NCBI GenBank assembly: GCA_964016885.1 | Contig: OZ024743.1 | Location: 145,948,001-146,012,000 of the forward strand | Reading direction: 5' to 3' | DNA: 64,000 nt | Source of the DNA: Eledone cirrhosa | Lineage: Eukaryota | Part shown: positions 12,993 through 26,087 of the stretch, one piece after another | Layout of the letters: each line of letters opens with the position of its first letter | Position numbering within the stretch: position 1 is the first letter of the stretch | Made by a program: the position numbers and the translations under genes | Notes under the pieces: model-generated | Told to the model about the DNA's origin: nothing | Database searches by the model: none | The model's input: only the letters and a program-made list of their open reading frames with translations

Positions 12993-14419
12993 CATACAAT
13001 ATGTTTAAGTATAATAAACAAACAAGTTTCGCTATTCGTATTTTAAGGAGTGATAGCTACGTCAGTAGCCTTGTGAGAGCACCAAACACTAGTGTCTCAG
13101 AATTTTTATGCATCTTTAGTGACGTTTACTCACTCGGTACTGAGGCAGAATAAGCTATAGCTTATATAGATTTTGCAAGTGATACATTTAAGGCTCATTT
13201 TCAAATCACTTTAAATATCGGACACCTACCAACTCGGAACAATGAAATTCAAGCACGACAATGAAACTGTAGTAGCTGTTTCTATACATATTTGTCCAGT
13301 AGATAAATGTGTCATACAAATAAAATAAAATAAAATAAACTAAGCACAACATCAAGCAGTTTATTTAATCCTAACATTTAAATGGTAGTTAAGTATTGCG
13401 TTTGCTGTCAATAAAGCGGTAAACACGTGAGGCAGACGACACTAGGCTGGCAGCTTTGATAAAAAGCGTACTTTAGTTTGTACAATCGACAATGGCCTAC
13501 ACCCAATAGAGGGATGGGGAGGTGAAATTCGAATAGCTATATGTATGTATTACTAAAACTACCCTTTCAAGTTTTATCTCTATGTAAATTGTCGAAACAA
13601 GAATGACTATGCAGCAATCGGGATGTAATAGGTGTTGTATTTTGAGCCGAAATAGGCCATTTAACATCTGCCTGAATTTGAAAACAAAAATCTATAACTA
13701 CTGTTTTTATGACCTATATAGTAAGGATTCGTTAGATATGTAAACAGCGTGTTTATGGGGACAATAGTCAGACAAATTTATGAGGTCACACTTGTCATGA
13801 ATTCAAACAATTTCATAAGTCATTACGTTTACCACGCTACTTTGTTGTTTGAGGTTTTGGAACAACGAATAGAATGAAAGAAAACTAAATGTGAGCTTTA
13901 TCTTTAAGACTGCTTAGCGTTTAGTAAAGTTGTCTTTGACAAACGACTTACAGGAATGAAAATGTAAAGGCTATAACAGTAAACATTTTTTGGGGTACAA
14001 TTTTCACATCTTGTATAAATAGCTTGACCATTAACATATCACATCTATCAATATCTAGTTACTAGTACTGCACAATAAATTTGTAATACTGAATAACTAT
14101 GACATGCTTACCACACAAGTGTTCATAATTAATTTCAGATTCAATCTCTAATAACCAATGACATAAAAAGAGAATGAAGATTTTATTCACAGTTGTATAA
14201 ATAACATTACAAATTGTTCCCAATTCTTTCAGAATGGAAATATAAACACATATAATAAATACAATTAACTATTGCTAGGAACCTCACAAATATAAAGCAC
14301 CAAAATATACGACCAGAGCGAGAGAAAGAAAAAAAAAGAAAAGAAAGGGAAACAAAAACAACCATCAATTCACCACCAAGTGCAACAATTGGTCACACAT
14401 TACAAGGCTCAACAGAACA

Positions 14420-15020
14420 CTTTGAGGCAAGCCAATACACTCTCAGCATTACCACAAGTGATGACGAGGCTAAGGTGTTGAAACAACTAGTCACCCTCAT
14501 GGACATCACCTGACACCTCAGTAAAGCGAGCTGCCAGTGATGACAAGAACTTCGCTGTTAGTGACCCAACTACACCAAATCCCTCAAACGCCACAGGCTG
14601 GAAAAAATAATTGTTAGATAGTTCCTGGTATTTTCAGATTTTATTCCGTTCAGTAACGGAAGCAGTGACCCTCACATTTACCGTGACATCCATGATGTGG
14701 GAGGAGGCAAAAGAGTCACTGGCTGTAGTGTCCCAGATGAGACACCTGCCTCTTATCCAAGGGCATTGGGTAAGGCTGTCTGGTTGCTTCTCATCACTTC
14801 TGGATAATTCAGCTGGCTCTAGAACTGAGGGAATATTTCCCCGAGCTAGGGCTCGTTTAATGATCAGGTTTATCTTGGTGTGGCGGGCAAAGCGATCAGC
14901 ATTCAAGCGATAGGACAAACGATGTAGGCCTGTGGGGTTGCGGGACCTACCACAGCGACATCTCAAACCCTCACAGACATCGGCTCCCACTCGGGGTGCA
15001 ATGGAGATGCAGAGCTTGTC
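14420..15020 (-). mobile_element. CRE-type non-LTR retrotransposon 3' fragment (zinc knuckle plus restriction-like endonuclease)
   Basis: CRCG..GLHRLS..RFARHTKINLIIKRAL..LEP..RSDEKQPDSLTQCPW..LIWDTT; past the stop it continues KYQELSNNYFFQPVAFEGFG..LSLVITCGNAESVL. Confidence 0.8.
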
Positions 15021-15379
15021 CTAACATAAATATAACCACTATTTTTGCTGTTATCTGTCAAATGAGTTGATGGTTACAGAGGCAACCGTGATACTAAATC
15101 ACTGACAAATGCCAATGTCTACTTGTTATCATAAAAATTATGATTAATATTGTTCATTATCTTTAGTAAAACATACTAAATATACATTTATTTTCCAACA
15201 GTAAGTATTCAAAGCTTAATATAGCATTGTATTTATTTAGTAACAGCATGTCACAACATACACTGATTAACACAGGGCGCCTACGTATTAAGACGGCATT
15301 GCTTTGTTGGCTAGGAAATCTAGATATTGGTGAATTCAAAACTGAGGGTTCTGATAATTAGTGGTAATACAGGTAGTTA

Positions 15380-15665
15380 AAGGCGTGTAGTTAAGGAGTT
15401 TGTTTGACAATCACGTTCTGGGTTCAGTCACGCCGCGTGATACTTGGGGCAAGTATCTTCTAGAGCTTGCAGTCACTCGACCTGTTAGAAATAAGAGCCA
15501 AATATCATTCAAATTACACCATTCTGACTTTAAAATGAAAGGACACATTGGATAATATAGTTCTAGATATCTGGGGAAAAATGATGGAGGGTCAAGATTG
15601 GAATACCTTTTTTTTAATCATAGGTCTTTTCAGTCAAGGAGACATAGAGCTAAACAATAACAACT
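15380..15665 (+). mobile_element. tRNA-derived SINE head joined to an (AAC)-tailed repeat
   Basis: A-box-like GTGTAGTTAAG and B-box-like GGGTTCAGTC, then CTTGGGGCAAGTATCTTC; resembles octopus SINEs, family not verified. Confidence 0.6.
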
Positions 15666-15994
15666 GATACAAGGTAGAGGGGACTCTAGTTCTAGCACAG
15701 ATAATTTCTTTAGTCACTGTCATCTTGATGGTAACTAACACAACCCCTTACATAACGGAGAAACACAGTTTCTCAACCATAGTGAAGGCAAATTGCCTAG
15801 AAAGTTGGGCACGCCAAACAAACCTATCAGTATACAACAGGGGTCTGTCCTAATTACATGAAGGAGACTTGAAATGTCCAAACCCCATCAAAGGTAACTC
15901 ATCTAGGGGAACAGTCATTGAATACAAACTGATACTAGGTAGAGGGGATGGTTTAATTCTGTTGCAGAAAAACTAACACTAATGGTGGTGGAAC

Positions 15995-16250
15995 ATCGTC
16001 ATCATCATCATAACTGTTTACCGTCCATTTTCCCATGCTAGCATGGGTTAGACGAGTTGTCCTGTTGTGAGCATTGTCAGGTCAGGTGACCATAACTTGC
16101 TCATACAGAAGTGATTCTGGCTTGGTTTCTAAAGCCGGATGCCCTTCCTAATGCTAACCTCATTTACAATGAGTATTGGGTGTTTTTTGTTGTGATGCCT
16201 ACACGACCACTTTACAGTGTGGACTGGGTGCGTTTAGTCATGACCATGCA
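15995..16250 (-). mobile_element. RTE 3'UTR/tail fragment
   Basis: (CAT)n tail, GGATGCCCTTCCTAA and 48-bp repeat units. Confidence 0.8.
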
Positions 16251-16319
16251 TTTAGTCCATGCTATAAAATGGTTGGTTATAGTAAGGACTACCATCTGTA
16301 AAAGTCATGGTATACACAA

Positions 16320-16508
16320 TAATAACTGTTTCAACTTATGGCACAAGGCCAGCAATTACCCAGTGCATTACTGGTACTTTATTTTATCAACCCCATAAGG
16401 ATGAAAGGCAAAGTTAACCTCGGCGGGATTTGAACTCAGTCCGTAAACGAACGTAACTCTATGCTGGAAAGCATGGCGTCTGACCCTCTACTGATACTGC
16501 CAATCCAC
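16320..16508 (-). mobile_element. tRNA-derived SINE; other copies at about 27010-27190(+), 37475-37660(-), 47335-47490(-), 47586-47688(+) and 48975-49148(-)
   Basis: B box GAGTTCAAATCCCGCC on the minus strand; conserved body GGATGAAAGGCAAAG..TTATCGACCCC..GGCACAAGGCCAGCAAT. Confidence 0.8.
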
Positions 16509-16984
16509 AACCAGATGTTGATGTTGCTTAACATCGAATTAGTCTTGATTCAGTAGGTTTGTGATCAAAGACATTCCAGCCACATGTGTCCTTTTTTAAG
16601 ATGATAGATTTTGATTTGAGTAAGACTTGGCTGCTATTTCTAACAGGCTGAGCAACTGCATATATTCTTCCTCATTGATTTTGGTTGTACAGGATAATGA
16701 AGAATGGTAATGTGACAAGATGTGAGGTCAACCCATTCCAGAATAGGAAAACAGACAGAAAAAAAAATAATGATGATGATGATTCTTGTTCTCTATTAAA
16801 ATTGATTTTGGGTTGAGGGAAAAGAAATCAATATTTCTCATTCTTACAATGAATGAGAATAGATATGCACATTACAGCTTACTAGTCTATTTAGAATTGA
16901 AATACCTTTACTTTAAATAAGAGGAAAATATCTAATATATTACAAACACACATACACATACGTGCATGTGTTTATACACAACAC

Positions 16985-17510
16985 TTTTGCATTTAAAGGA
17001 CATTTTCCCTGCTAGAGCAGAGTTAGCTTTGCAAGTCTCTTGATATGCTTTACCATTTTGCCCTATCCTCTGCACACCCCTCACCAACCCACTGACTTTC
17101 ATTTCCTCCTTCACCATCTTTTGCCATGGCCTTTTTGGTCTTTCCCTTCCTCTAATTCTTTCCACATTCACTCCTCTCACCCAGTCACTTTCTTCCTTTC
17201 TTAAATCACGATCTAGCTATCTCATTCCATTTCTCTTCACAATATTCAACACTGGCTCTATTCCTATCATTCTCTGCAATTAATTTTATGTCTTCCTGTC
17301 AGTGATATTTCGTTTATTCATCAAATCATTCTCATTTCTGTTCTTTCCACCCATGTCTCACTCCCATAAATCATGGTACTTTTTATATATGCAGCATTCA
17401 CCTTACTCTTCAGATCAATAACAGTCCCCTCCTCATTACCACATCTCACTTCCTGGAACTTCTTCCACTATTGTGGAGTGCACCTTTCCTTTCGTAGACA
17501 ATATGTTCAT
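16985..17510 (-). mobile_element. Divergent RTE-like 3' fragment
   Basis: ORF reads RGRERPKRPWQKMVKEEM, an RTE C-terminal GRP..W motif. Confidence 0.55.
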
Positions 17511-17667
17511 CACTCTGGTGGTTTTTTATCCCCTATGATTAAACACATTTCTCTTTGTGTACTTCTCTCTATATACTGATTTATTAAGAGCCAAGAATTT
17601 ATTCCATGAGCTCATTAAATAATAGGGTATTAATGTGAGTCTTTAACTCCATTTTTTAATTTGATAT

Positions 17668-18962
17668 ATCATCATCATCGTTTAACGTCTATCTTTCACA
17701 CTAGCATGGGTTAGACGGGAATTGTCCCACTTGAGGCAAGATTGGTCGGGTGACCGTGTCTCACTCGTATCTGGCAGGTTTTCTATGGCTGGATGCCCTT
17801 CCTAACACCAACCACATTTACAGCATGGACTGGGAGCTTTTTACCGTGTTACTTACATGACTTCATTACAGCGTGGACTGTGTTTTTTTGTTGTGACACC
17901 TACACGACCTCATTAGTTTGGACTGGATGTTGTGGTACCAACATAACTTTGGGCCTACTGACTGTAGGTTAACTTTGCACGTAGGGAAGGCAGGTCTTCT
18001 GTATTACTATGTGGCGCCAAAGATCTCGGTCCAGTGACATTGTCTTGGAGAGATGCAAGTGTGCAAGGTCAGAATTTATCATGTCGTCCCAGGTTTTTCT
18101 GGGTCTACCTACTCCGTAACTTCCATCAATTTTTATCGCCCTGCACTTTTTTATACAGCTGTCGTCTTTCATGCGCATCACATGACCATACCAACGTAAT
18201 CTTCTCTCAAGTAAACAGCATCTGATCCCTCTTATTCCTAATTTCTCACTTAGTTCATTTATGTTTTGCCATTTGTGTATATTAATATTACACATCCAAC
18301 GGAGCATGCATGCTTCATTCCTTTCCAGTTTGCGCAGGTCCTCTGCACACAATGCCCATGTCTCACTGCCATGTAACATTGCTGTTTGTATACAAGCATC
18401 ATACAATCTGCCTTTCATTTTTAGAGAGAAACCTTTTGTGGCCAACAGCAGTATAAGCTCTCTGAACTTTTTCCATCCCGTTCTAACTCTGGCTACTGTG
18501 CTTTCAGAGCACCCTCCACCACTGCTGATTTTGTCACCCAGGTAATGGAAAGTGTCCACTATTTCTATAGAACCATCTGGGCAGTAGGAGGAGCTAGTAT
18601 CTTGTGGGCACTTGCTACTTATTGCACCTGAGCATCGGCCACATATAAAATGTACGTTCTTAGATAGCTTGCCTGTGATCCCACTACATCTTTTATGTAC
18701 CCATAGTTTACATAGAATGGAATTTTTACCTACTCCTTTCCTACACACTGAGCATGGCCATTTCCCAGAAGGCATCTGTGCCCTATTTTCCTTTCTATAT
18801 ACTAGAACTTTAGTCTTAAACAAGTTAACTTTGAGGCCTTTTGATTCTAGGCCATGCTTCCATGTTTGGAATTTCTTCTCTAGTTCAGCCATATATTCAG
18901 CTATGAGAGTTAGATCATCTGCATATAAAAGTTCCCATGGGCAGCCAGTCTTAAACTTCTCA
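17668..18962 (-). mobile_element. RTE subfamily A2 3' half (RT palm, PHD, thumb, 3'UTR)
   Basis: 342-aa ORF FKTGCPWELLYADDL...CSVC..HKRC..CGRC..FHYLG..HGSETW..RWYGHV; very similar to the copy at 43598. Confidence 0.95.
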
Positions 18963-18974
18963 AATACATATATA

Positions 18975-19169
18975 TGAGTGTCAGCTGAAAAGTTCATAGG
19001 CCGACCAAGACACTCTCATGGAATGACAAAATGAGGTTTATTTTTCAACAGAGTCCCTGGAAAAAAAATGTAGTTATCAAAAGAAAAGTTGAAATTAATG
19101 CATGCAAGATTTTACAGCTCTGGCATCAATTCTTCATAGTCTGCCTATGAACTTTTCAGCCGACACTTA
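18975..19169. mobile_element. Mariner-type MITE
   Basis: TIRs TGAGTGTCAGCTGAAAAGTTCATAGGC and GCCTATGAACTTTTCAGCCGACACTTA in a TA context. Confidence 0.85.
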
Positions 19170-19171
19170 TC

Positions 19172-19423
19172 TCAGACCGGGTGATGTGTTGTTTCCTTGA
19201 GCAAGACACTTTATTTCACATTGCTCCAGTTTACTCAGCTGTAGAAATGAGATGATAGGGACTGGGGTCCCTATCATTCCACTGCAAATTGGTCGTGGAG
19301 GTGCCACGGCAAAAAAGCACCCAGCAATCACTGTAAATGAGGTTGGTGTTACGAAGGGCATCCAGCTGTAGAAATCAAGCCAGAATTACGTGGACGTAAA
19401 ATGAAATGAAATGACGATGATGA
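19172..19423 (+). mobile_element. SINE with RTE-derived tail; second copy at 59530-59755
   Basis: TGTTTCCTTGAGCAAGACACTT..CACATTGCTCCAGTTTACTCAGCTG body, then an RTE 3'UTR unit and (GAT)n. Confidence 0.7.
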
Positions 19424-19424
19424 T

Positions 19425-19662
19425 CACCCGCCTTTCCTTAAGTACAAAGTTAAACCTACAGTCAGTAGGCACCTCATAACCAAATATACACCCCAGCCCA
19501 CTACCCCTACTCCATCCTCCCACTCCCACCAACACCACCCTTTCTCTGTAAAGTTATGTTGGTACCACAGAGCATCCAGTCCACACTGTAAATATGATTG
19601 GTGTTAGGAAGGGCATCCAGCTGTAGAAAACCTGCCAGATACAGTCCTATATGAGTGAGATG
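19425..19662 (+). mobile_element. RTE subfamily A2 3'UTR fragment, inverted relative to 17760-17995
   Basis: CCTACAGTCAGTAGGC and AAACCTGCCAGATAC match the minus-strand copy. Confidence 0.75.
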
Positions 19663-20032
19663 TAGATCTATTTTATTCACTATTGTATAAATAATATTAC
19701 AAATAAAAAAAAGAAAAGAAAAAACAGTAGCGGGTACCACACATATCTAGGACCACATACAACACATAATAAGATAATACACACATCTTTGGAATATTGT
19801 TAATCAATTTTTTAGTAATCTACTGATATAAAAATCAGTAGTATATTGAAAAATGGAAAAATAGGGGGTGGGGCGTTTCATGATTTCGACGGACAAAAGG
19901 GGGCATCTGGCCTAAATGGGTTGAGAACCTGTGGTCTAAACTAATGATCATGGAGCTTTTTTTATTGAGAAGCATAATCAATATATATTTCATATATATC
20001 AATTAAACCTAAATATAGTGTATATATATATA

Positions 20033-20219
20033 CCAGGGTGCTGAAAAGTTCCTGGCTTTGGGTAAAAGAAACTACTGGAGAATCAGTTAATTATGATTTT
20101 ATTCAACATATTCCCCTCTCAAATTCACAACCTTATTGCAGTGGTCCTACCTCCCCTGTAAAGGTAACAGCGCTATCTTTTCACGACACCTTTAATCCAG
20201 GAACTTTTCAGCAACCCGG
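20033..20219. mobile_element. Mariner-type MITE
   Basis: TIRs CCAGGGTGCTGAAAAGTTCCTGG and CCAGGAACTTTTCAGCAACCCGG, with TA on both sides. Confidence 0.88.
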
Positions 20220-20384
20220 TACACACACATATATATATATATATATACTATTACTATAATAGAATACCTCAAAGTCTCCCAGCAGAAACACGTTTGATAT
20301 TAACGGAAGAAAACCTGCCGATGACGGAGGCTCACATTCGATATGATAATGCATTTATGACATGCATATCCATTATGCAAATTG

Positions 20385-20673
20385 TGGTGCAGCTTCCCAG
20401 AGTCCCAGAAACCTATAGAAGATTTTTTATCGATTTCTATCTATTCTTATCTACTCGAGATGGTCCATGTTAGTTTTTGACCTGTTTGTATTTATCGTAG
20501 TTGTGGTATAAGTATGGCCATATGCATTTGGTCATTTGTTTTTGGTGTCACACTTTCTTAACTTTGTATTCACTCTGGATGAAAATGTATTAAATTTTCA
20601 TATCATTTAGTGATTTGTGACTGCCTCAAACAATTTGATTGGTATCTGCTATATTGCAGCTACATACTTCGAT
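20385..20673. repeat. Unclassified ~290-bp dispersed repeat; second copy at 51098-51364
   Basis: Both copies share CAGAAACCTAT.GAAGAT..TATCGATT..GGTCCATGTT..ATCTGCTA..TTGCAGCT..ACTTCGATT. Confidence 0.7.
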
Positions 20674-20674
20674 T

Positions 20675-23362
20675 TATCTGAAAGATAACCTACTGAAGGC
20701 GACATGAAATCTGTGGTTGGAGCAGGCCTCTAGGGAGAGAGAAGGAAAGTGGCATGTTGGTGGAACAGTAGGGTGGAGGAGACAATTAAGGCCAAAAGGC
20801 AGGCATGGAAAGAATGGAGGGATGTAGGAAGTAAAGAACACTATCAGGAGGCTAGGAGAGAAGTTAGGTGACAAGTATACTTTGCAAGAAGAGTAGCAGA
20901 AAAAAAAGAAAAATTAAGCATGTTCTGCAGCATGAGGACTAAAGGCGTGAGGTAATGTGTCAGGGAAACTTGTGATATTGTTGGGGAAAAATGTGTCCGC
21001 GATGATAACTGCCCTCACTGATGCTGAAAAGAAGGTTTCACTATAAAAGACTACTAAATGAGGAGATTGAATGAGATGAAGATAGTTTGCTCCAAGTTGA
21101 GCCAACAGAAGGACCAGCTGTGCAAGTTAGTAGTAGCATAGTGAGTAAGGCAATCAAAGATATGAAGATAGGCAAAGCAGCTGCACCATCTGAGATAGTT
21201 GCTGAGATGCTGAAAGCATCTGGGATGGTGGGGAAACACCATAGTCACCCATATTGTAAACCAATAAAATAAAACGGGGTCATACCCAATGACTGGCATA
21301 GCAGCATCATCATCAACTGCTACAAGAGAAAAGGAGATACTCTAGACAGAGAAAACTATAGAGGCATTAAGTTGGTTAACCAGGTCATGAAGGTCACAAA
21401 AAGAGTTATCGCACAGTTGATTAGAGACCTAATTAATCTTGATGAAATGTAGTTTGGATTTGTACCAGGTAAAAGTACCATGGGTGCTCTCTTCCTTGTG
21501 AGGCAACAGCAGGAGAAGTACCTAGCTAAAAGTAAACCCCTCTATTTAGCTTTTGTTGACTTGGAGAAAGCCTTTGACAAAGTCCCTCCGTTCCATTATC
21601 TGGTGGGCTCTTAGAAAACTAGGAGTAGACGAGTGGCTTGTGAGAGCTGTACAAGCCATGTATAGAGGAACAGTCAGCAAGGCTAGAATTAACAATGACT
21701 AGTGTTCCGTCCTTAGCCCTCTCCTGTTTATTATTGCCCTACAGGCTATAAGAGAAGAGTTTAAGACTGGCTGCCGACGGGAACTTCTGTATGCAGATGA
21801 TCTCACCCTTATAGCTGAATCTATGTCAGAATTAGAGAAGAAATTCCAAACCTGGAAGCATGGCCTAGAATCAAAAGGTCTTAAAGTTAACTTGTCAAAG
21901 ACTAAAGTTCTAGTATCTTGAAAGGAAAATAGGGCCCAGATTTCCTCTGGAAAAGGGCCTTGCTCAGTGTGCAGGAAAGGAATAGGTAGAAATTCCATTG
22001 TATGTCCCAAATGCAAGCTATGAGTACATAAAAGATGTAGTGGGATCACAGGCAGGCTATCAAAGAATGTAGGTTTTAAATGTGGCCAATGCACATGTGC
22101 AGTAAGTAGGAAGTGCCCACAGGATACTAGCTCCTTCAAATGCCCAGATGGTTCTATAGAAATAGACAACACCTTCCATTACCTGGGTGACGAAATCCGC
22201 AGTGGAGGAGGGTGTTCCAAAAGTACAGTAGGCAGAATAAGAATGGGATGGAGAAAGTTCAGGAAGCTACTACTGCTGTTAGCTACAAAAGGTTTTTCCC
22301 TCAAAATGAAAGGCAGATTGTACGATGCATTTATACGAACAGCAATGTTTCATGGTAGTGAGACTTGGGCACCGTGTGCAGAGGACCTGCAAAGACTGGA
22401 AAGAAATGAAGCAAGCATGTTCTGATAGATGAATGGTAAAGCGTAAATGAACTGAGAGAGAAATTAGGCATAAGAGGGATCAGATGCAATAGGAGATTGC
22501 ATTGGTATGGTCATGTGATGTGTATGAAGGATGACAGCTGTATAAAAAGGTGCAGAGCAATCAAAGTTGATGGAAGCTATGGAGTAGGAAGTCCTGGGAT
22601 GTGGTGATAAAAGCTGACCTTACATAATTGCATATCTCAAAGACAATGACACAGGATTGAAATTTCTGATGTTATGCAGTAATACAGGAATGGAGTAGAC
22701 AGTATACTAACTTCTTTAAATGCTCAGAGGGCTCGGTAGAAGCCCAATTGCACCTCTCAAAAGCGATATCACAGGATCGAGATCTTTGGCATTATGAAGT
22801 AATATAGAAGACACACCTTCCCATGTGCACGGGCTGAAGAATACACCTTGTACACTCTACTTTCCCCCTACCCCCTTCCATATAACTCCATGCCCTAACA
22901 ACCCTACCCTGTCCACGTCCCTCCACTTCTTGCACCTCCGATATCCTATCACTCCATCCATGCCTAAACACCCTGTCCCCTCACAAACGCCCCTATGTCT
23001 ACCTCCCTAATCCTTCCCACACACTCAAGTCCCCAGCCTACACTGTAAAGTAGTGATGATAGCAACACAACAAAAAGCACCCAGCCCATACTGTAAAGTG
23101 GTTGTGTAAGTGTCACGACAAAAAGTGCCCAGCCCACACTGTAGAGTGGTCATGTAGGTGTCATGACAAAAGGCACCTAGCACACACTGTAAATATGGTT
23201 GGTGTTAGGAAGGGCATCTATCCATAGAAACCAACCCAAAACCAGTCCTGTTTGAGCAAGTCATGGTTATCAAACCTGGCTTGTCTCACAACATGGCATC
23301 TCGTCTAACCCATGCTAGTGTGAAAAATGGATGTTAAGTGGTGATGATAATGTGATGATGAT
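20675..23362 (+). mobile_element. RTE subfamily A, 5'-truncated and degenerate
   Basis: EGPAVQV..KAIKDMK, ELLYADDL, PHD region, HGSETW, 3'UTR repeats and a (GAT)n tail next to (TA)n. Confidence 0.92.
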
Positions 23363-23573
23363 ACATGCATACATGTATATATATATATATATTTAATATA
23401 GAAATGGCTTCTACAGGACTAGAACTGTTTCATTCGGGAGAATGAGTACCTAACTGCTGTGGTTACCCCCGATTGAATCAAGTAAGAATATTTTCGAAAC
23501 AGCGGGTGGGTTTGAAATTATTAGAAATGTAAGTTATCGCCGTATTTTGACTAAAGAAATTAAAGAAATTATT

Positions 23574-23670
23574 TAGCCTGATAGTGGGAGAAATGGAAAA
23601 AGATGAGTATTGACGTCAATACTCATCTTTTTCCATTTCTCCGAAGGTTCTTAACCCCACTATCAGGCTA
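23574..23670. repeat. Perfect 56-bp spacerless palindrome with outer inverted arms
   Basis: GGAGAAATGGAAAAAGATGAGTATTGAC|GTCAATACTCATCTTTTTCCATTTCTCC at 23587-23642, flanked by TAGCCTGATAGTGGG and CCCACTATCAGGCTA. Confidence 0.95.
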
Positions 23671-24039
23671 TATATATATGTATAAGTATAATTTCTCTAT
23701 AAATATAAGTATAATTTCTCACTAAAATTGTCAAACACATGAGAAAAGATATTTTCAAAGAAATCTCATCCATAATTGTTGAAGAACTGATTTTGGTTTG
23801 TTGTCCATGAACTCAGATTCGCTTTTATCAGTTTCAATCAAACAGAAAGCCATAAATAAATATAATCTTTGTGTCAGGAAATTTAAGGAGAGATTAACTT
23901 TTGTCTGTAAGTGCCACTGCATAGTATAATTGATTAAGTGATACAGTGTGTTCTATTCCCCAAAAGAAAAACCGCTTTGACTTCAGCTATCACTGTCTTG
24001 GATCAAAAACATTTTGGTTAGATTGTGCCATAGGAATGT

Positions 24040-24665
24040 AAAACAATACATCTTTCTCTAACCCATATTCTATCAAATATGGAGTGCCCCAAGGTTTTGT
24101 TGTCCTCCACATTTTTCCTCTTGTACATCAATGACCTACTTGCTGTCACTTCTAATATGGCCCATTCCTACACAGATAATACCATCCTTCAGTCTTCCCT
24201 AGCCTTCCACATACAAGCATTACCCAGATGTAATTTAGACATCCCATGAATAGGGACAGCAAACATATTTTTCAATGGAGTCATCAATCTTCTCTCCTTT
24301 AACAATACAAAGACAATCATTGCACATTTCAAAGAAACTCTCCTGTACTCACCTTTAGTTATGGACAACATGTAACATGTAACTAAATTCTCACAGCTGC
24401 TACATGATGAGAGTTGGTTAGTCTTGTGCTGTCTTCACTAAGGTCACCAGTCGCTCTCCTCCTCTCATCATCCATATTATCTATCTTTTCTACACTAGGA
24501 TCCCACACTAAGCACTATGGAAAGTCCTTTTTAAAATGTAGACCCTCTTGAATATCTTTAGTTCCATATTTTTCTTGCAGTTTTATAAGAACATCAACCT
24601 CATTGAGATCATTGATATCAGTAGGCCTGTAAAGACCATGGGTACAGCTCTTTTCTATAGAACAA
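24040..24665 (+). mobile_element. CR1/L2/Jockey-group LINE fragment; related 3' end at 36190-36490
   Basis: GVPQG..FFLLYINDL..HSYTDNT RT motifs; the 36190 copy reads SFLPRTSILWNSL and both share GGCCTGTAAAG..ATGG..ACAGC. Confidence 0.65.
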
Positions 24666-25866
24666 TCTATGAAAACAATTAACAACAAAAATTAACATGG
24701 ATTCATATCATGACTGGCATGTTAGTTAAGTTTATTATCTATTGAATAAATTTAATTTTATCCTTGGATGAAGTTTCTACCTCAAGTAGCTTCAGTGTAC
24801 CTAATTGAGAAATTGGTCTGAATCTACCTGTGAGGTTCAACTAACATTCCATGGAAGTGGGAAAAACTGTCTCTTATTTTCATTAAAAAGAAATTAGAAA
24901 TAAATAATAACTCTATTGGCACTTGTAGCTGATGCCAAGAATAATTATCTTGACATTCCTTGGCTGCTAGACATTCACCAAAAGCATTTCTGTTTTTAAA
25001 TAATTCTATGTTTTTACATTCAGTAAATATTTTTCTCAAGTGAAAAAATGATCTTCAAATTCTTCAGCTGACAATTATGATGCAATTTATTTCATTTTCT
25101 AAATTATATACAAAAAAAATCTATCGTAGATTGTTTTCATATGTTTTAAACGGAATTCATTTAAGAGTTTGCTTATAGTATTAAATATTTTTTTTATTAA
25201 TTCCATTACAACATTTTTTCTAAGGTTGTACATACTTTGCCTTCTTTCATTCTTACTAGTATAACTATCATCACAATTGTGAACAATTCCCTTTTATTGT
25301 CACCATTATCACAATCATCACTGTCATCATTTGTTGCTTTATATTCCACACTGCAAAGCGTTCAACAAATACTCTTCAGAAGTCAAGTTCCTCAAATCAA
25401 CTACTCCCACCAGTATTTGTATTCAACCAGCAGTTATTATAACTACTTTAGCAACAAACATTCATCAAGCTGACCTAACCAGATAATGTTTCAGTTACAC
25501 CTCTTCAAATATTGCACTCTCATCATATCCTGTTAATGTTTTCTATTTTTCCTTAATCATTTTTTAACAAGTGTTCATTCTGAGATATAAAAATACTCAA
25601 TAATTGTGTCCAATATACAAGAAAGGAAACTGCTTTGTTTTTTTCACTGATAAATCTGTTAATACCTTTTCATTTATCTTTCCCCCCTATCCACTACCAT
25701 AAAAAAATTCAAACTGAGATTTAACTCTCCTAACCTCATGCAGTTATTCCTAAGATTTCTTATTTAAATGTATAATTTTTATGCTAGCATGGGAGGGATA
25801 ATTTTTGTTGAAGTAATTATCTAAAACATATATGCTATCTTCCTGCCACTAACCACTTTATCTTAA

Positions 25867-26087
25867 CCCTTTAGTATTTGCAATCGTCTATATTTACTAT
25901 TGTATTTTGGGGTTAGAGACTTTACCTCACATAATTATCTCACATAATATCAAATCTACGAGATTTTGATATTATTTATTTTGAAAACAATACCTTAACA
26001 TCAGTATGAGGGACCAGTTACAGCCAGTTTGAACTTAAAGAGGTGAACGAATTCTGGTCGGATATGGCCAGTTTAAATGCTAAAGGG
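25867..26087. mobile_element. piggyBac-type MITE; second copy at 58637-58779
   Basis: TTAA-CCCTTTAG...AATGCTAAAGGG-TTTA ends, with shared internal sequence between copies. Confidence 0.75.

Noticed and set aside
19860-19935. hAT-like right end (GGGTTGAGAACCTGTG)
   Set aside because: No matching left TIR was found, so no element could be delimited
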